This document shows, piece after piece, positions 9,347-17,059 of a stretch of DNA of 43,226 nucleotides. The notes beneath the pieces were generated by a model. The model worked only from the letters and a program-made list of their open reading frames with translations, was not told the DNA's origin and made no database searches. Every line of letters starts with the position of its first letter. The stretch's first letter is position 1. The stretch is from a virus (taxonomy: Duplodnaviria > Caudoviricetes). The stretch covers positions 1-43,226 of IMG/VR virus record IMGVR_UViG_3300005611_000061, one strand, 5' to 3'. The translations under genes were made by a program, and so were the position numbers.

Positions 9347-9450
9347 GAGATCTGATTTGATAGTTGAGATACTCGAACTCTCCCTGAAAGGGTGAGGAGA
9401 GTTCTCGATCTTTCAACCATCAGATCTCTACCCTCAGCACCTCGACAACT
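9347..9450 (+). promoter_or_regulatory. Long leader hairpin followed by a boxA-like sequence
   Basis: Nested pairings GAGATCTGAT/ATCAGATCTC, GTTGA/TCAAC and GAACTCTCC/GGAGAGTTC, then GCACCTCGACAACT at 9437-9450. Confidence 0.5.
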
Positions 9451-9622
9451 TGCGACTGCCGACTGCGGCGACCGTGCCCGGCGATTGGGTCACACCTTCG
9501 GTGTGGGAGACATGCTCCGCAGGCTAACAGGCAGGCTACACACACATGTGTAACATATAACCCGCGCGTGTATACACACATACATGCGCCCGCGGATCCA
9601 CACGCGTAGTATGCTCATGGAC

Positions 9623-9689
9623 ACGTACACGGTGCACCGGCGCCCTGCCCGTTCGAGTCGGGCTGTATGTATTGGGTCACATGGACCCA
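9623..9689 (+). ncRNA. Minimal tRNA-like element 1 plus 3' hairpin
   Basis: 7-bp stem ACGTACA/TGTATGT stacked on T-arm GCCCG-TTCGAGT-CGGGC, then TGGGTC/GACCCA. Confidence 0.55.
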
Positions 9690-9712
9690 CCAATCACACT
9701 CATCATTTGCTC

Positions 9713-9949
9713 ATGTACACACAGTTCACCGCACGCCGTACCTCCGACGCTTGCGACTTCATCCGTGTTAACCTGTTCTCAGGGACTGCTGAGGTATCCT
9801 TCCGCAGCGGTAGCATGTACCGGTACACCAACGTGTCCCGCCGTGCTATCCTCAATCTCATGTACAACCCCAACATGAGCCTAGGGTTCTGGGCTAACCA
9901 CAACTGCGTGCAGTCTGACCGTACCAAGTACAGTCTCGCTGCTGCCTGA
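9713..9949 (+). CDS. Early protein, KTSC-like domain
   Basis: AEVSFRSGSMYRYTNVS...SLGFWANHN resembles the KTSC pattern; internal ATG 9713 of the ORF at 9584. Confidence 0.65.
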   Translation: MYTQFTARRTSDACDFIRVNLFSGTAEVSFRSGSMYRYTNVSRRAILNLMYNPNMSLGFWANHNCVQSDRTKYSLAAA

Positions 9950-10008
9950 TCACCGCGTGATGCCGGGGGATCGAATCCCCTGGTCAGGCGTTGGCACCTT
10001 GCGTGCCA
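9944..10008 (+). ncRNA. Minimal tRNA-like element 2 plus 3' hairpin
   Basis: GCCTGATC/GGTCAGGC stem stacked on GGGGG-ATCGAAT-CCCCT, then TGGCAC/GTGCCA. Confidence 0.55.
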
Positions 10009-10034
10009 TACACTACACACACATGGACTCACAC

Positions 10035-10364
10035 ATGACCGTTGCACTGCCCGTCACCCACATCATCCTGGGCGAGGAGTTCGATACTGACGAACTCAGG
10101 GACATCGCAGAACATGGCGCCAACACTGGTGTTCATGGCTTCACGTACTCATCAGACTTGCATGACATGTTCGACAAGTACGAAGAACAAATCATGGACG
10201 ATCTCGATGAGTGGTGTGATGACAACTTCGGACAATCTGCAGGCTCATACATTGCCGAGCAGCTAACCTTTGATGACAAATCATGGACGCTGCAGCAATT
10301 CAAAGAATACGCTTGCTGGATGTATCTAGAGATGCGTGCCTGGTTCATCACAGGCGGTTACTGA
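10035..10364 (+). CDS. Acidic early protein, possible DNA mimic (Ocr-like position and charge)
   Basis: ~109 aa, strongly Asp/Glu-rich, second early gene; alternative ATG at 10023. Confidence 0.6.
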   Translation: MTVALPVTHIILGEEFDTDELRDIAEHGANTGVHGFTYSSDLHDMFDKYEEQIMDDLDEWCDDNFGQSAGSYIAEQLTFDDKSWTLQQFKEYACWMYLEMRAWFITGGY

Positions 10365-10370
10365 TCTCAT

Positions 10371-10396
10371 GGACCCTGCTTCGGCGGGGTTCTTTT
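10371..10396 (+). terminator. Intrinsic terminator in the early region
   Basis: GGACCCTGC-TTCG-GCGGGGTTC-TTTT. Confidence 0.7.
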
Positions 10397-10437
10397 GTCA
10401 CACTCATCATTCTCCGTCCGTCATGGACGCACCAACT

Positions 10438-10572
10438 ATGAGAATCACACTGATCTTTTTATTCCTGGTGGTGGCAGCCAACCTTGGGCTGTCACTAGCT
10501 GACTGGATGCAAGCCCAGCAAGATAAGCGCATGGACGCCATGTGCCAAGCAAACCCTACACTCTGCAAATGA
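10438..10572 (+). CDS. Small early membrane protein (44 aa)
   Basis: MRITLIFLFLVVAANLGLSLA..., with an ATGA overlap to the next ORF. Confidence 0.6.
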   Translation: MRITLIFLFLVVAANLGLSLADWMQAQQDKRMDAMCQANPTLCK

Positions 10573-10688
10573 TCTGGTCTGAATCTAACATCATCTTTGC
10601 CATCATCGGCATGGTCGGGCTGTTCTCAACAGCTATCATCTGGCAACGTGCAAACCGTATCACCTCAAAGTATTATGGCAAACGCTAA
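10569..10688 (+). CDS. Small early membrane protein (39 aa); not in the ORF track
   Basis: MIWSESNIIFAIIGMVGLFSTAIIWQRANRITSKYYGKR: a single TM helix with a basic tail, coupled to its neighbours. Confidence 0.65.
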   Translation: MIWSESNIIFAIIGMVGLFSTAIIWQRANRITSKYYGKR

Positions 10689-10860
10689 ATCTTTGGATGA
10701 CGATTGGTTCATCAGGAACGCAATCGAGTGTTGGCTGCACTACTTTCCAGATCACAAATGGACACCTATCTATCAGGAACTAGCCAAACGTGACGCATAC
10801 ACACCAAAGCCTAAACCTCGACCAGCTCGCAGGCGCAAGCCTAAGTCAACCACTACGTGA
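10675..10860 (+). CDS. Small early hypothetical protein
   Basis: ATG 10675; MANAKSLDDDWFIRNAIECWLHYF..., basic tail. Confidence 0.6.
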   Translation: MANAKSLDDDWFIRNAIECWLHYFPDHKWTPIYQELAKRDAYTPKPKPRPARRRKPKSTTT

Positions 10861-10999
10861 GTACATTGTCACTCTATCTAGCGACGAGCCTACGTACATA
10901 CTCGCCGCCAATGCTGAGGAAGCTGCATGGCATGCCTTGGAATTGTCCGAAGATAGAGATGCTGTACTTATTGACGTGAGGTTGACTGATGAATGGTAA
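10790..10999 (+). CDS. Small early hypothetical protein; start uncertain
   Basis: Fills the gap; EYIVTLSS...YILAANAEEAAWHALELS. Confidence 0.5.
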   Translation: MTHTHQSLNLDQLAGASLSQPLREYIVTLSSDEPTYILAANAEEAAWHALELSEDRDAVLIDVRLTDEW

Positions 11000-11303
11000 G
11001 AAACCGTACTTTCCAAGTAACTGGAAGATGTACAAGGACGCACCAGATGATGCGTTTCAACAACATACATTTGAAGAGGTCATGGAATGGAAGGTTGCTG
11101 GCTGGGAATTACCAGCTGACATAGCTTGCATCATCCGTGCTACCAATCTCAAAACACGTAAAACAAAAGAGTTCATCTACAAACGCCAGCATGCTGCTGA
11201 GCAGAAAGTGATGGAACTCATGGACGCTAAAACACACGAGTTTACCGTGTGCACTCACGACTCAATCCACTATGTTGGACCTGAACCACCAATCGATGAC
11301 TGA
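10989..11303 (+). CDS. Early hypothetical protein
   Basis: 104-aa ORF tiling the early operon. Confidence 0.7.
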   Translation: MNGKKPYFPSNWKMYKDAPDDAFQQHTFEEVMEWKVAGWELPADIACIIRATNLKTRKTKEFIYKRQHAAEQKVMELMDAKTHEFTVCTHDSIHYVGPEPPIDD

Positions 11304-11433
11304 TTCTACCTACCAATTCCACGTTGACACACTCATCAACGAACTGGAAGAACATCCACACCAAGCAGAAGTACTTGCGCTTATGCAAGAACAGATGTTT
11401 GATGACATGAACACACTTTACCTTGAGGAGTGA
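11296..11433 (+). CDS. Small acidic early protein (45 aa); not in the ORF track
   Basis: MTDSTYQFHVDTLINELEEHPHQAEVLALMQEQMFDDMNTLYLEE; the stop abuts the RNAP start. Confidence 0.65.
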   Translation: MTDSTYQFHVDTLINELEEHPHQAEVLALMQEQMFDDMNTLYLEE

Positions 11434-13773
11434 TTGGCAACACCAGCAGAGATTGACAGGCAAGTAAAACTTGAGCGTGAACAAATAGCTCAAGGACTCA
11501 AGCAACTACGTGACAACACAGACAAGCTAGAGAGCAAGGACTACGCATCAGCCAGTGTGTATGGTGTAGCATCTATTCAACAACTCATCCCACTTGTGGT
11601 TGAGCGCATTGAGCAGACAGCTGCACGTGCAAAGCGTGGCTTTGTGGGTCAACACTTCAAAGAGATCAAAGCGTTGCTCAAGGACTTAGAGCCTGATGCA
11701 GCCGCGGCCATCACGTCAAAGGTTATCTTTGATAAAGTGTTCAGCTCCAAGCCACGTAGTGGACAGCTACAGAATGTGACTGATTCAATCGGTCAAGCTG
11801 TAGAGAACGAGTGCATGATGCGCTATTATGAGCAGCATGTGCCTGGACTTCTTCATACAATCAAAGAAAACTACTTCCACAAGTCCATAGGCACTCACCA
11901 AAAGGTCAAGGTCATCACCACCCTGATGAACCGCTACGACGTGCCTCACTGGCAGTGCTGGGGTATTGCTAACCGTGTCAAGCTGGGCGGTTGGCTGCTA
12001 GATTGTGTGTGCGAGGCATCACAATGGTTCATGCGTGAGACACGTAGGGAGGGACGCAAGACCTACAACTACGTGGTGCCGACACCTGAGTTCATTGCTA
12101 TCAAGGATCAGGTGATTGCCAGTGCTGAGATGTTCAGCCCACTGGCATGGCCAATGCTCATTGAACCTAATGACTGGACCAACGAAACACCAGGTGGGTA
12201 CTTGCTTAACGAGGTCATGCGAGGGCATGACATGGTTAGGCGTTCAGCACCCCGCCTTATACAGGGAGAAACACCAATCAAGTTTCTGAACACGATTCAG
12301 AAGGTTGCATACACCCTCAATCCATTCATTGTAGATGTCGCTGAGACACTACAAGAACGTGGTATTGAGGTAGGTAAATTTATCCCTGTTGTTGAGATAC
12401 CTCTACCACCTAAGCCAATAGATATTGCAGAGAACAAAGAATCTCGCAAGGACTACAGACGAAGGGCTGCTGAGGTATGTAACATCAACGCACAAGCGTT
12501 CATGAAGTCGTGTCGTACACGTATGACAATGAACGCAGTCAAGATATTCAAACAACATGCCAAGTTCTTTATACCTTGGTCGTTTGATTATCGTGGTCGT
12601 GCTTACCCTATCCCTGCATTCTTGACACCCCAAGATACAGACTTTGGTAAGTCACTACTTAAGTTTCATGTACAGTCGTACATGACACCTGATGCTGAAG
12701 GCTGGTTAGCCTTTCAGGTCGCTACTACGTACGGCTTGGATAAAGCTACTATGCTTGAGCGACTCGCATGGACACGTGAACACATCACACTCATCAGCAG
12801 GGTCGCAACAGACCCAGTAGGCAACCTATCAGAATGGGAGGTCGCAGATGAACCATGGCAGTTTCTGGCTGCATGTGATGAGTATTACCATTGTGTCATT
12901 AATTGTGATCGTCATTTTACAAGTCTGCCTGTAGCTACAGATGCTACTTGCAGTGGTCTTCAAATTCTTGCAGGACTTGCACGCGATGCCTCAACCGCTA
13001 AACTTGTCAATGTTTTACCATCAGACAAGCCTCAGGATGCGTACAAAGTGGTGGCTGAACAAGCTACCCCACACGTACCCGACTCAATCAAACCCTACAT
13101 GGACAGAAAAACTGTCAAACGTGTAGTGATGACCGTGCCTTACAACGCAAAACCTTATTCCAACCGTGGCTACATCCGTGAAGCACTCAAAGAAAAAGGT
13201 GTTGAGGTTGATAAGGATGATCTGACTCTTACTGTCAAGGCTGTACGTGATGCCATGGACATCATTGTCCCTGGTCCCATGGCAGTCATGACATGGATTG
13301 AGTTGGAGGTCGGTAAGGCGATTGACCGTGGTTTAACTGAGTTAACATGGACTACACCATCAGGGTTTGTCGTCACTCAACGACTGATGAAACCTGTGGT
13401 CAAAGACATTGAGCTACAGTTACTTGGCAGGTGTCACATCAAAGTAGCAACAGATGAAAGCGACAAGGTTGATAAGTCTCATCATAAGAACGCAACTGCG
13501 CCCAATCTGATCCATTCTTTAGATGCTAGCCTCCTCCACTTATCTGCACTCCGCTTCGACGCTCCGATTTCCTTCATACACGACTCGGTTTTATGTCGTG
13601 CTACTGACATGGGTGTTCTTTCATCCATTGTTCGTGAAACATACATGCACCTATTTGCGGAGCATGACTTTTTAACTGACTTTGCCCAACAAATTGGGGC
13701 AGAGACTGACCCACCGATGTGTGATACACTAGAACCATCATCGGTTATCGATTCCACCTATTTTTTCTGCTAA
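11434..13773 (+). CDS. Single-subunit T7-like RNA polymerase
   Basis: DYRGRAY, DATCSGLQ, RKTVKRVVMTVPY, APNLIHSLDAS, IHDS and C-terminal YFFC; TTG start. Confidence 0.98.
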   Translation: MATPAEIDRQVKLEREQIAQGLKQLRDNTDKLESKDYASASVYGVASIQQLIPLVVERIEQTAARAKRGFVGQHFKEIKALLKDLEPDAAAAITSKVIFDKVFSSKPRSGQLQNVTDSIGQAVENECMMRYYEQHVPGLLHTIKENYFHKSIGTHQKVKVITTLMNRYDVPHWQCWGIANRVKLGGWLLDCVCEASQWFMRETRREGRKTYNYVVPTPEFIAIKDQVIASAEMFSPLAWPMLIEPNDWTNETPGGYLLNEVMRGHDMVRRSAPRLIQGETPIKFLNTIQKVAYTLNPFIVDVAETLQERGIEVGKFIPVVEIPLPPKPIDIAENKESRKDYRRRAAEVCNINAQAFMKSCRTRMTMNAVKIFKQHAKFFIPWSFDYRGRAYPIPAFLTPQDTDFGKSLLKFHVQSYMTPDAEGWLAFQVATTYGLDKATMLERLAWTREHITLISRVATDPVGNLSEWEVADEPWQFLAACDEYYHCVINCDRHFTSLPVATDATCSGLQILAGLARDASTAKLVNVLPSDKPQDAYKVVAEQATPHVPDSIKPYMDRKTVKRVVMTVPYNAKPYSNRGYIREALKEKGVEVDKDDLTLTVKAVRDAMDIIVPGPMAVMTWIELEVGKAIDRGLTELTWTTPSGFVVTQRLMKPVVKDIELQLLGRCHIKVATDESDKVDKSHHKNATAPNLIHSLDASLLHLSALRFDAPISFIHDSVLCRATDMGVLSSIVRETYMHLFAEHDFLTDFAQQIGAETDPPMCDTLEPSSVIDSTYFFC
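12245..12270 (+). promoter_or_regulatory. Candidate phage RNAP promoter, copy 2, inside the RNAP gene
   Basis: CAGCACCCCGCCTTATACAGGGAGAA, a near-identical copy of 8025-8050. Confidence 0.45.
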
Positions 13774-14340
13774 ATGGCACGTACCATCATCAAAACTGAA
13801 CAGCCCGTGGTCCTTGAAGGCTACCAAGCTGTACTGCAACCCGGTAAATTCGGCTACAAGCTCATGGCTGTGGTCGGTCAAGACATCGTGGACCAGCTGG
13901 AAGCTGACCGCGTTGAGTCCATCAAGTGGGCTGAATCAAAACTGAAGAATCCGAAGCGTTCTGTGCTGAAGCCTGAGCCCTGGGAAGAAGTTTCTGAGGG
14001 TAAGTACACTGTTAAGTTCACATGGAATGACGAAACCAAGCCTCCCGTTGTTGACACTGAGGGAACTCTTATTGAAGACACCGATACCCCTCTATATGGC
14101 GGCGCTAAAGTTAAGCTTGCTTTCTTTCAAAAGCCTTACATCCTCAAGGACGGTGTAACCTACGGCACTAGCCTGAAGCTGAAGGCTGTGCAAGTTATCT
14201 CGCTCGCATCCTCTGCTGGTGTTGACACTGGCGACATGGACGAAGCTGATGTAGCTGAGCTGTTCGGCAAGACCGAAGGTTTCAAGGTTGGCGAGCCCAA
14301 CATTTCCAACGATGCAGGTGAACCCGATGACGACTTCTGA
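13774..14340 (+). CDS. ssb: Single-stranded DNA-binding protein (gp2.5-like)
   Basis: GTSLKLKAVQVI, acidic tail ending DDDF, position after RNAP. Confidence 0.9.
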   Translation: MARTIIKTEQPVVLEGYQAVLQPGKFGYKLMAVVGQDIVDQLEADRVESIKWAESKLKNPKRSVLKPEPWEEVSEGKYTVKFTWNDETKPPVVDTEGTLIEDTDTPLYGGAKVKLAFFQKPYILKDGVTYGTSLKLKAVQVISLASSAGVDTGDMDEADVAELFGKTEGFKVGEPNISNDAGEPDDDF

Positions 14341-14521
14341 TTTCCAATACACCGTATCTCGTGATGAGATCACTGGTGTGTACAAGGGCACGCTGGACAT
14401 CCAGCTGCCTCCGATCTGCGTGACTCGTTACAAAGCAGATAAAAACGATTTCAAGTACGAGATGTCTCGTGCAGTTACTGAAGTTGTTGAAGCCATCATC
14501 GAAAAACACATGGATGACTGA
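14327..14521 (+). CDS. Small hypothetical protein
   Basis: ATG 14327; the stop overlaps the endonuclease ATG. Confidence 0.65.
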   Translation: MTTSDFQYTVSRDEITGVYKGTLDIQLPPICVTRYKADKNDFKYEMSRAVTEVVEAIIEKHMDD

Positions 14522-14874
14522 TGGCTTTTCGATCCAGACTCGAAGAAAAGGTTGCTGACCTTCTCGTTGAGCTGGGTGTCAAGTACGAGTACGAATGTTC
14601 TAAAGTCCCATATACCATATCTCACATGTACTGCCCTGACTTCGTTCTTCCGAACGGTGTTATACTAGAGTGCAAAGGGTATTGGGACAGTGCTGACCGG
14701 AAGAAAATCAAATCAGTCAAGGAACAGAATCCTGACCTTGACCTACGCATGGTCTTCCAGGCACCCTACAATACAATTTCAAAGAAAAGTAAAACTACAT
14801 ATGCCAAATGGTGTGACAAACACAACATCCTTTGGTGCTCTTTCTCTAACATACCTATCAAGTGGCTCCTATGA
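14521..14874 (+). CDS. Endonuclease I / Holliday junction resolvase (gp3-like)
   Basis: FRSRLEEKVA, YCPDFVLPNGVILECKGY. Confidence 0.95.
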   Translation: MAFRSRLEEKVADLLVELGVKYEYECSKVPYTISHMYCPDFVLPNGVILECKGYWDSADRKKIKSVKEQNPDLDLRMVFQAPYNTISKKSKTTYAKWCDKHNILWCSFSNIPIKWLL

Positions 14875-16454
14875 GCGACTCTGAATTTGTACGGCACATG
14901 CCGTGCGACAACTGCGGATCGTCTGATGCAAATAGCTTGTACTCAGACGGTCACGCGTTTTGTTTCAGATGCTTTACGCACACAAGTGGTAACGACACCA
15001 CCCATCACACTCATCAAATGCGAGATGTCAACCTACAAGGCTCAGCTGGACGGCTGCAGAAGCGACGAATCTCAGAAAAAACCTGTGAACTGTTCAAAGC
15101 CTACAAGGACGGAGAACAGCTACGCTTCCATTATTACAACAGCGCTGGAACACTTCTCGGCGCAAAAATAAAAACTAAAGATAAGGACTTCCGTTGTGAA
15201 GGCGAGGTTAAAACTCTGTACGGAATGCAAAACTTCCGTCACAAAACCACAAAGAAAGAACAAAAGCTAGTCATCGTCGAAGGCGAGATGGATGCTTTGT
15301 CTGTGTGGGAGGCACAACCAAACTGGGATGTAGTATCTATCCCGAACGGTGCACCTGCTGCAAAGAAAGCACTTCAACACAACTACGAATGGATCAATTA
15401 TTACGACAAGATTGTTCTGTTCTTCGACAACGATGAAGCCGGTCAGAAGGCTGCCAACGAGGCTGCCGGTGTCCTACCACCTGGCAAGGTTTTCATCGGT
15501 GCTCTAGAGGACTACAAGGACGCCTCAGAGGCTCTACAAGCTGGAGACAACGAGGCTATCCGTGCTGTATGTAATTATGAGCACGTACAATACAAACCAG
15601 ACGGCATTGTCGATGCAAAATCCTTGCTCGACATCATCACCACACCGTCACCACCATCAGATCATGAGTACCCCTTTCAAGGACTGCAAAGTAAACTACA
15701 CGGGATCCGGTATGGAGAGCTTGTTACGATTACTGCTGGAAGCGGGATCGGAAAGAGCTCCTTTTGTCGTGAACTCGCAACTCACCTGCTATGTAAAGGA
15801 GAACGGGTCGGTTACCTGGCTCTTGAAGAATCCAACCGTCGTACAGCTCTCGGATTGATGTCAGCAAAGGTTGGTAAATCCCTACACTTGGGTGAGCACA
15901 GCCGAGCTGAACTGACTGAAGCTTTTGACAACACGATTGCCAATTGGAACTTACATTTGTTTGATGGTTTCGGGAGTTATGATCCTGATCACATCTACGA
16001 ACGTATTGAGTACATGGCATCGGGTCTAGAAACACGTGTTGTATTCCTCGATCACCTCAGCATCCTGCTTAGCGGGCTTGACGGTGATGAACGTAGGATG
16101 ATCGACACCACCATGACCAAGCTGCGATCACTTGTTGAACGCACTGGTATTGCATTGTTCCTTGTTTCCCACCTACGGAGAACTACATCAGATGTCAATC
16201 ATGAAGAGGGTGCTAGAGTTACACTCGGACAGCTCAGGGGATCTGCTTCAATTGCTCAGCTCAGCGACGCATGTATTGCGCTCGAACGAGATCAACAGAA
16301 CGGATCTGAACGAAGCCGTACGACTGTTAGAATCCTTAAGAATCGATATTCTGGCGAGGTTGGTATCGCTGGAGAACTCGACTACGACCTGAACACTTGT
16401 AAGTTTATTGAACATGAAGCTCAACCCGATTTCAACCCGGCTACCGATTTCTAA
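14862..16454 (+). CDS. Primase-helicase (gp4-like)
   Basis: Zinc finger CDNCGSSD...CFRC, TOPRIM EGEMD/FDNDEAG, Walker A GSGIGKS, LRGSASIAQLSD, KNRYSG. The likely start is ATG 14871. Confidence 0.97.
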   Translation: MAPMSDSEFVRHMPCDNCGSSDANSLYSDGHAFCFRCFTHTSGNDTTHHTHQMRDVNLQGSAGRLQKRRISEKTCELFKAYKDGEQLRFHYYNSAGTLLGAKIKTKDKDFRCEGEVKTLYGMQNFRHKTTKKEQKLVIVEGEMDALSVWEAQPNWDVVSIPNGAPAAKKALQHNYEWINYYDKIVLFFDNDEAGQKAANEAAGVLPPGKVFIGALEDYKDASEALQAGDNEAIRAVCNYEHVQYKPDGIVDAKSLLDIITTPSPPSDHEYPFQGLQSKLHGIRYGELVTITAGSGIGKSSFCRELATHLLCKGERVGYLALEESNRRTALGLMSAKVGKSLHLGEHSRAELTEAFDNTIANWNLHLFDGFGSYDPDHIYERIEYMASGLETRVVFLDHLSILLSGLDGDERRMIDTTMTKLRSLVERTGIALFLVSHLRRTTSDVNHEEGARVTLGQLRGSASIAQLSDACIALERDQQNGSERSRTTVRILKNRYSGEVGIAGELDYDLNTCKFIEHEAQPDFNPATDF

Positions 16455-16584
16455 TACCGACTTAGATTTGCGGCGCCCAACACCGCCCACCCCTGAAATG
16501 GTGGAGCGTGCTAAATTTGTAGACAAAACTTACCGCTGGAAAAATGCTGGTATTCGACCTGGAAAGCAACGGTCTTCTCAATGA
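16414..16584 (+). CDS. Possible small protein bridging helicase and polymerase (RRPTPPTPEMVERAKFVDKTYRW)
   Basis: 56-aa ORF read by hand; it spans the 16455-16543 gap. Confidence 0.4.
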   Translation: MKLNPISTRLPISNTDLDLRRPTPPTPEMVERAKFVDKTYRWKNAGIRPGKQRSSQ

Positions 16585-17059
16585 TGTTACCCGCATTCAC
16601 TGTCTGGTCATCTACGACTCAGAGACTGACAAAACTCTCGTATACAATGACGAGGGTGATACTGAGCCCATTACTCGCGGCGTTCAACGATTGGAGGACG
16701 CTGAAGTTATTGCCGGTCACAACATCATCGGGTATGACTTACCCTGCTTACAAAAAATCTATCCGTGGTTCCAACCGACCGCCCTGGTTATTGATACCCT
16801 TCTTCTCTCGCGGTTGTATCACACGGACATGAGAGACCTAGACATGAAGCACAAGTGGGAGAACATGCCACTGCAGCTTTACGGTCGCCACAGTCTCGAA
16901 GCGTACGGTCACAGGCTGTCTGAATACAAGGGCAGCTTTGGTAAAGACGCTGACTGGTCTGAATGGTCTCAAGAAATGCAGGACTACTGCATACAAGACG
17001 TTCAAGTTACTAAAAAATTATGCGATCACTTCCACCCCTACCTGAGTGGGTCGCGCTAG
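16544..17059 (+). CDS. DNA polymerase A, 3'-5' exonuclease part
   Basis: ExoI FDLESNG, ExoII GHNIIGYD, ExoIII YCIQDV. Confidence 0.93.
   Translation: MLVFDLESNGLLNDVTRIHCLVIYDSETDKTLVYNDEGDTEPITRGVQRLEDAEVIAGHNIIGYDLPCLQKIYPWFQPTALVIDTLLLSRLYHTDMRDLDMKHKWENMPLQLYGRHSLEAYGHRLSEYKGSFGKDADWSEWSQEMQDYCIQDVQVTKKLCDHFHPYLSGSR

Larger units (their letters stand above)
9023..9712. other. Largest non-coding region: probable genome termini / terminal repeat and early control region
   Basis: It separates the last late genes from the early genes in T7 gene order and contains no credible ORF, but many CGCG runs and palindromes. Confidence 0.7.

Noticed and set aside
9584-9712. N-terminal extensions of early ORFs (starts at 9584, 9957, 10336, 10597)
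   Set aside because: They run through structured RNA, terminator sequence or other genes. Downstream ATGs give better tiling.
9623-9989. True tRNA genes or an attP site
   Set aside because: There is no anticodon arm or CCA and no integrase in the window. Kept only as tRNA-like elements.
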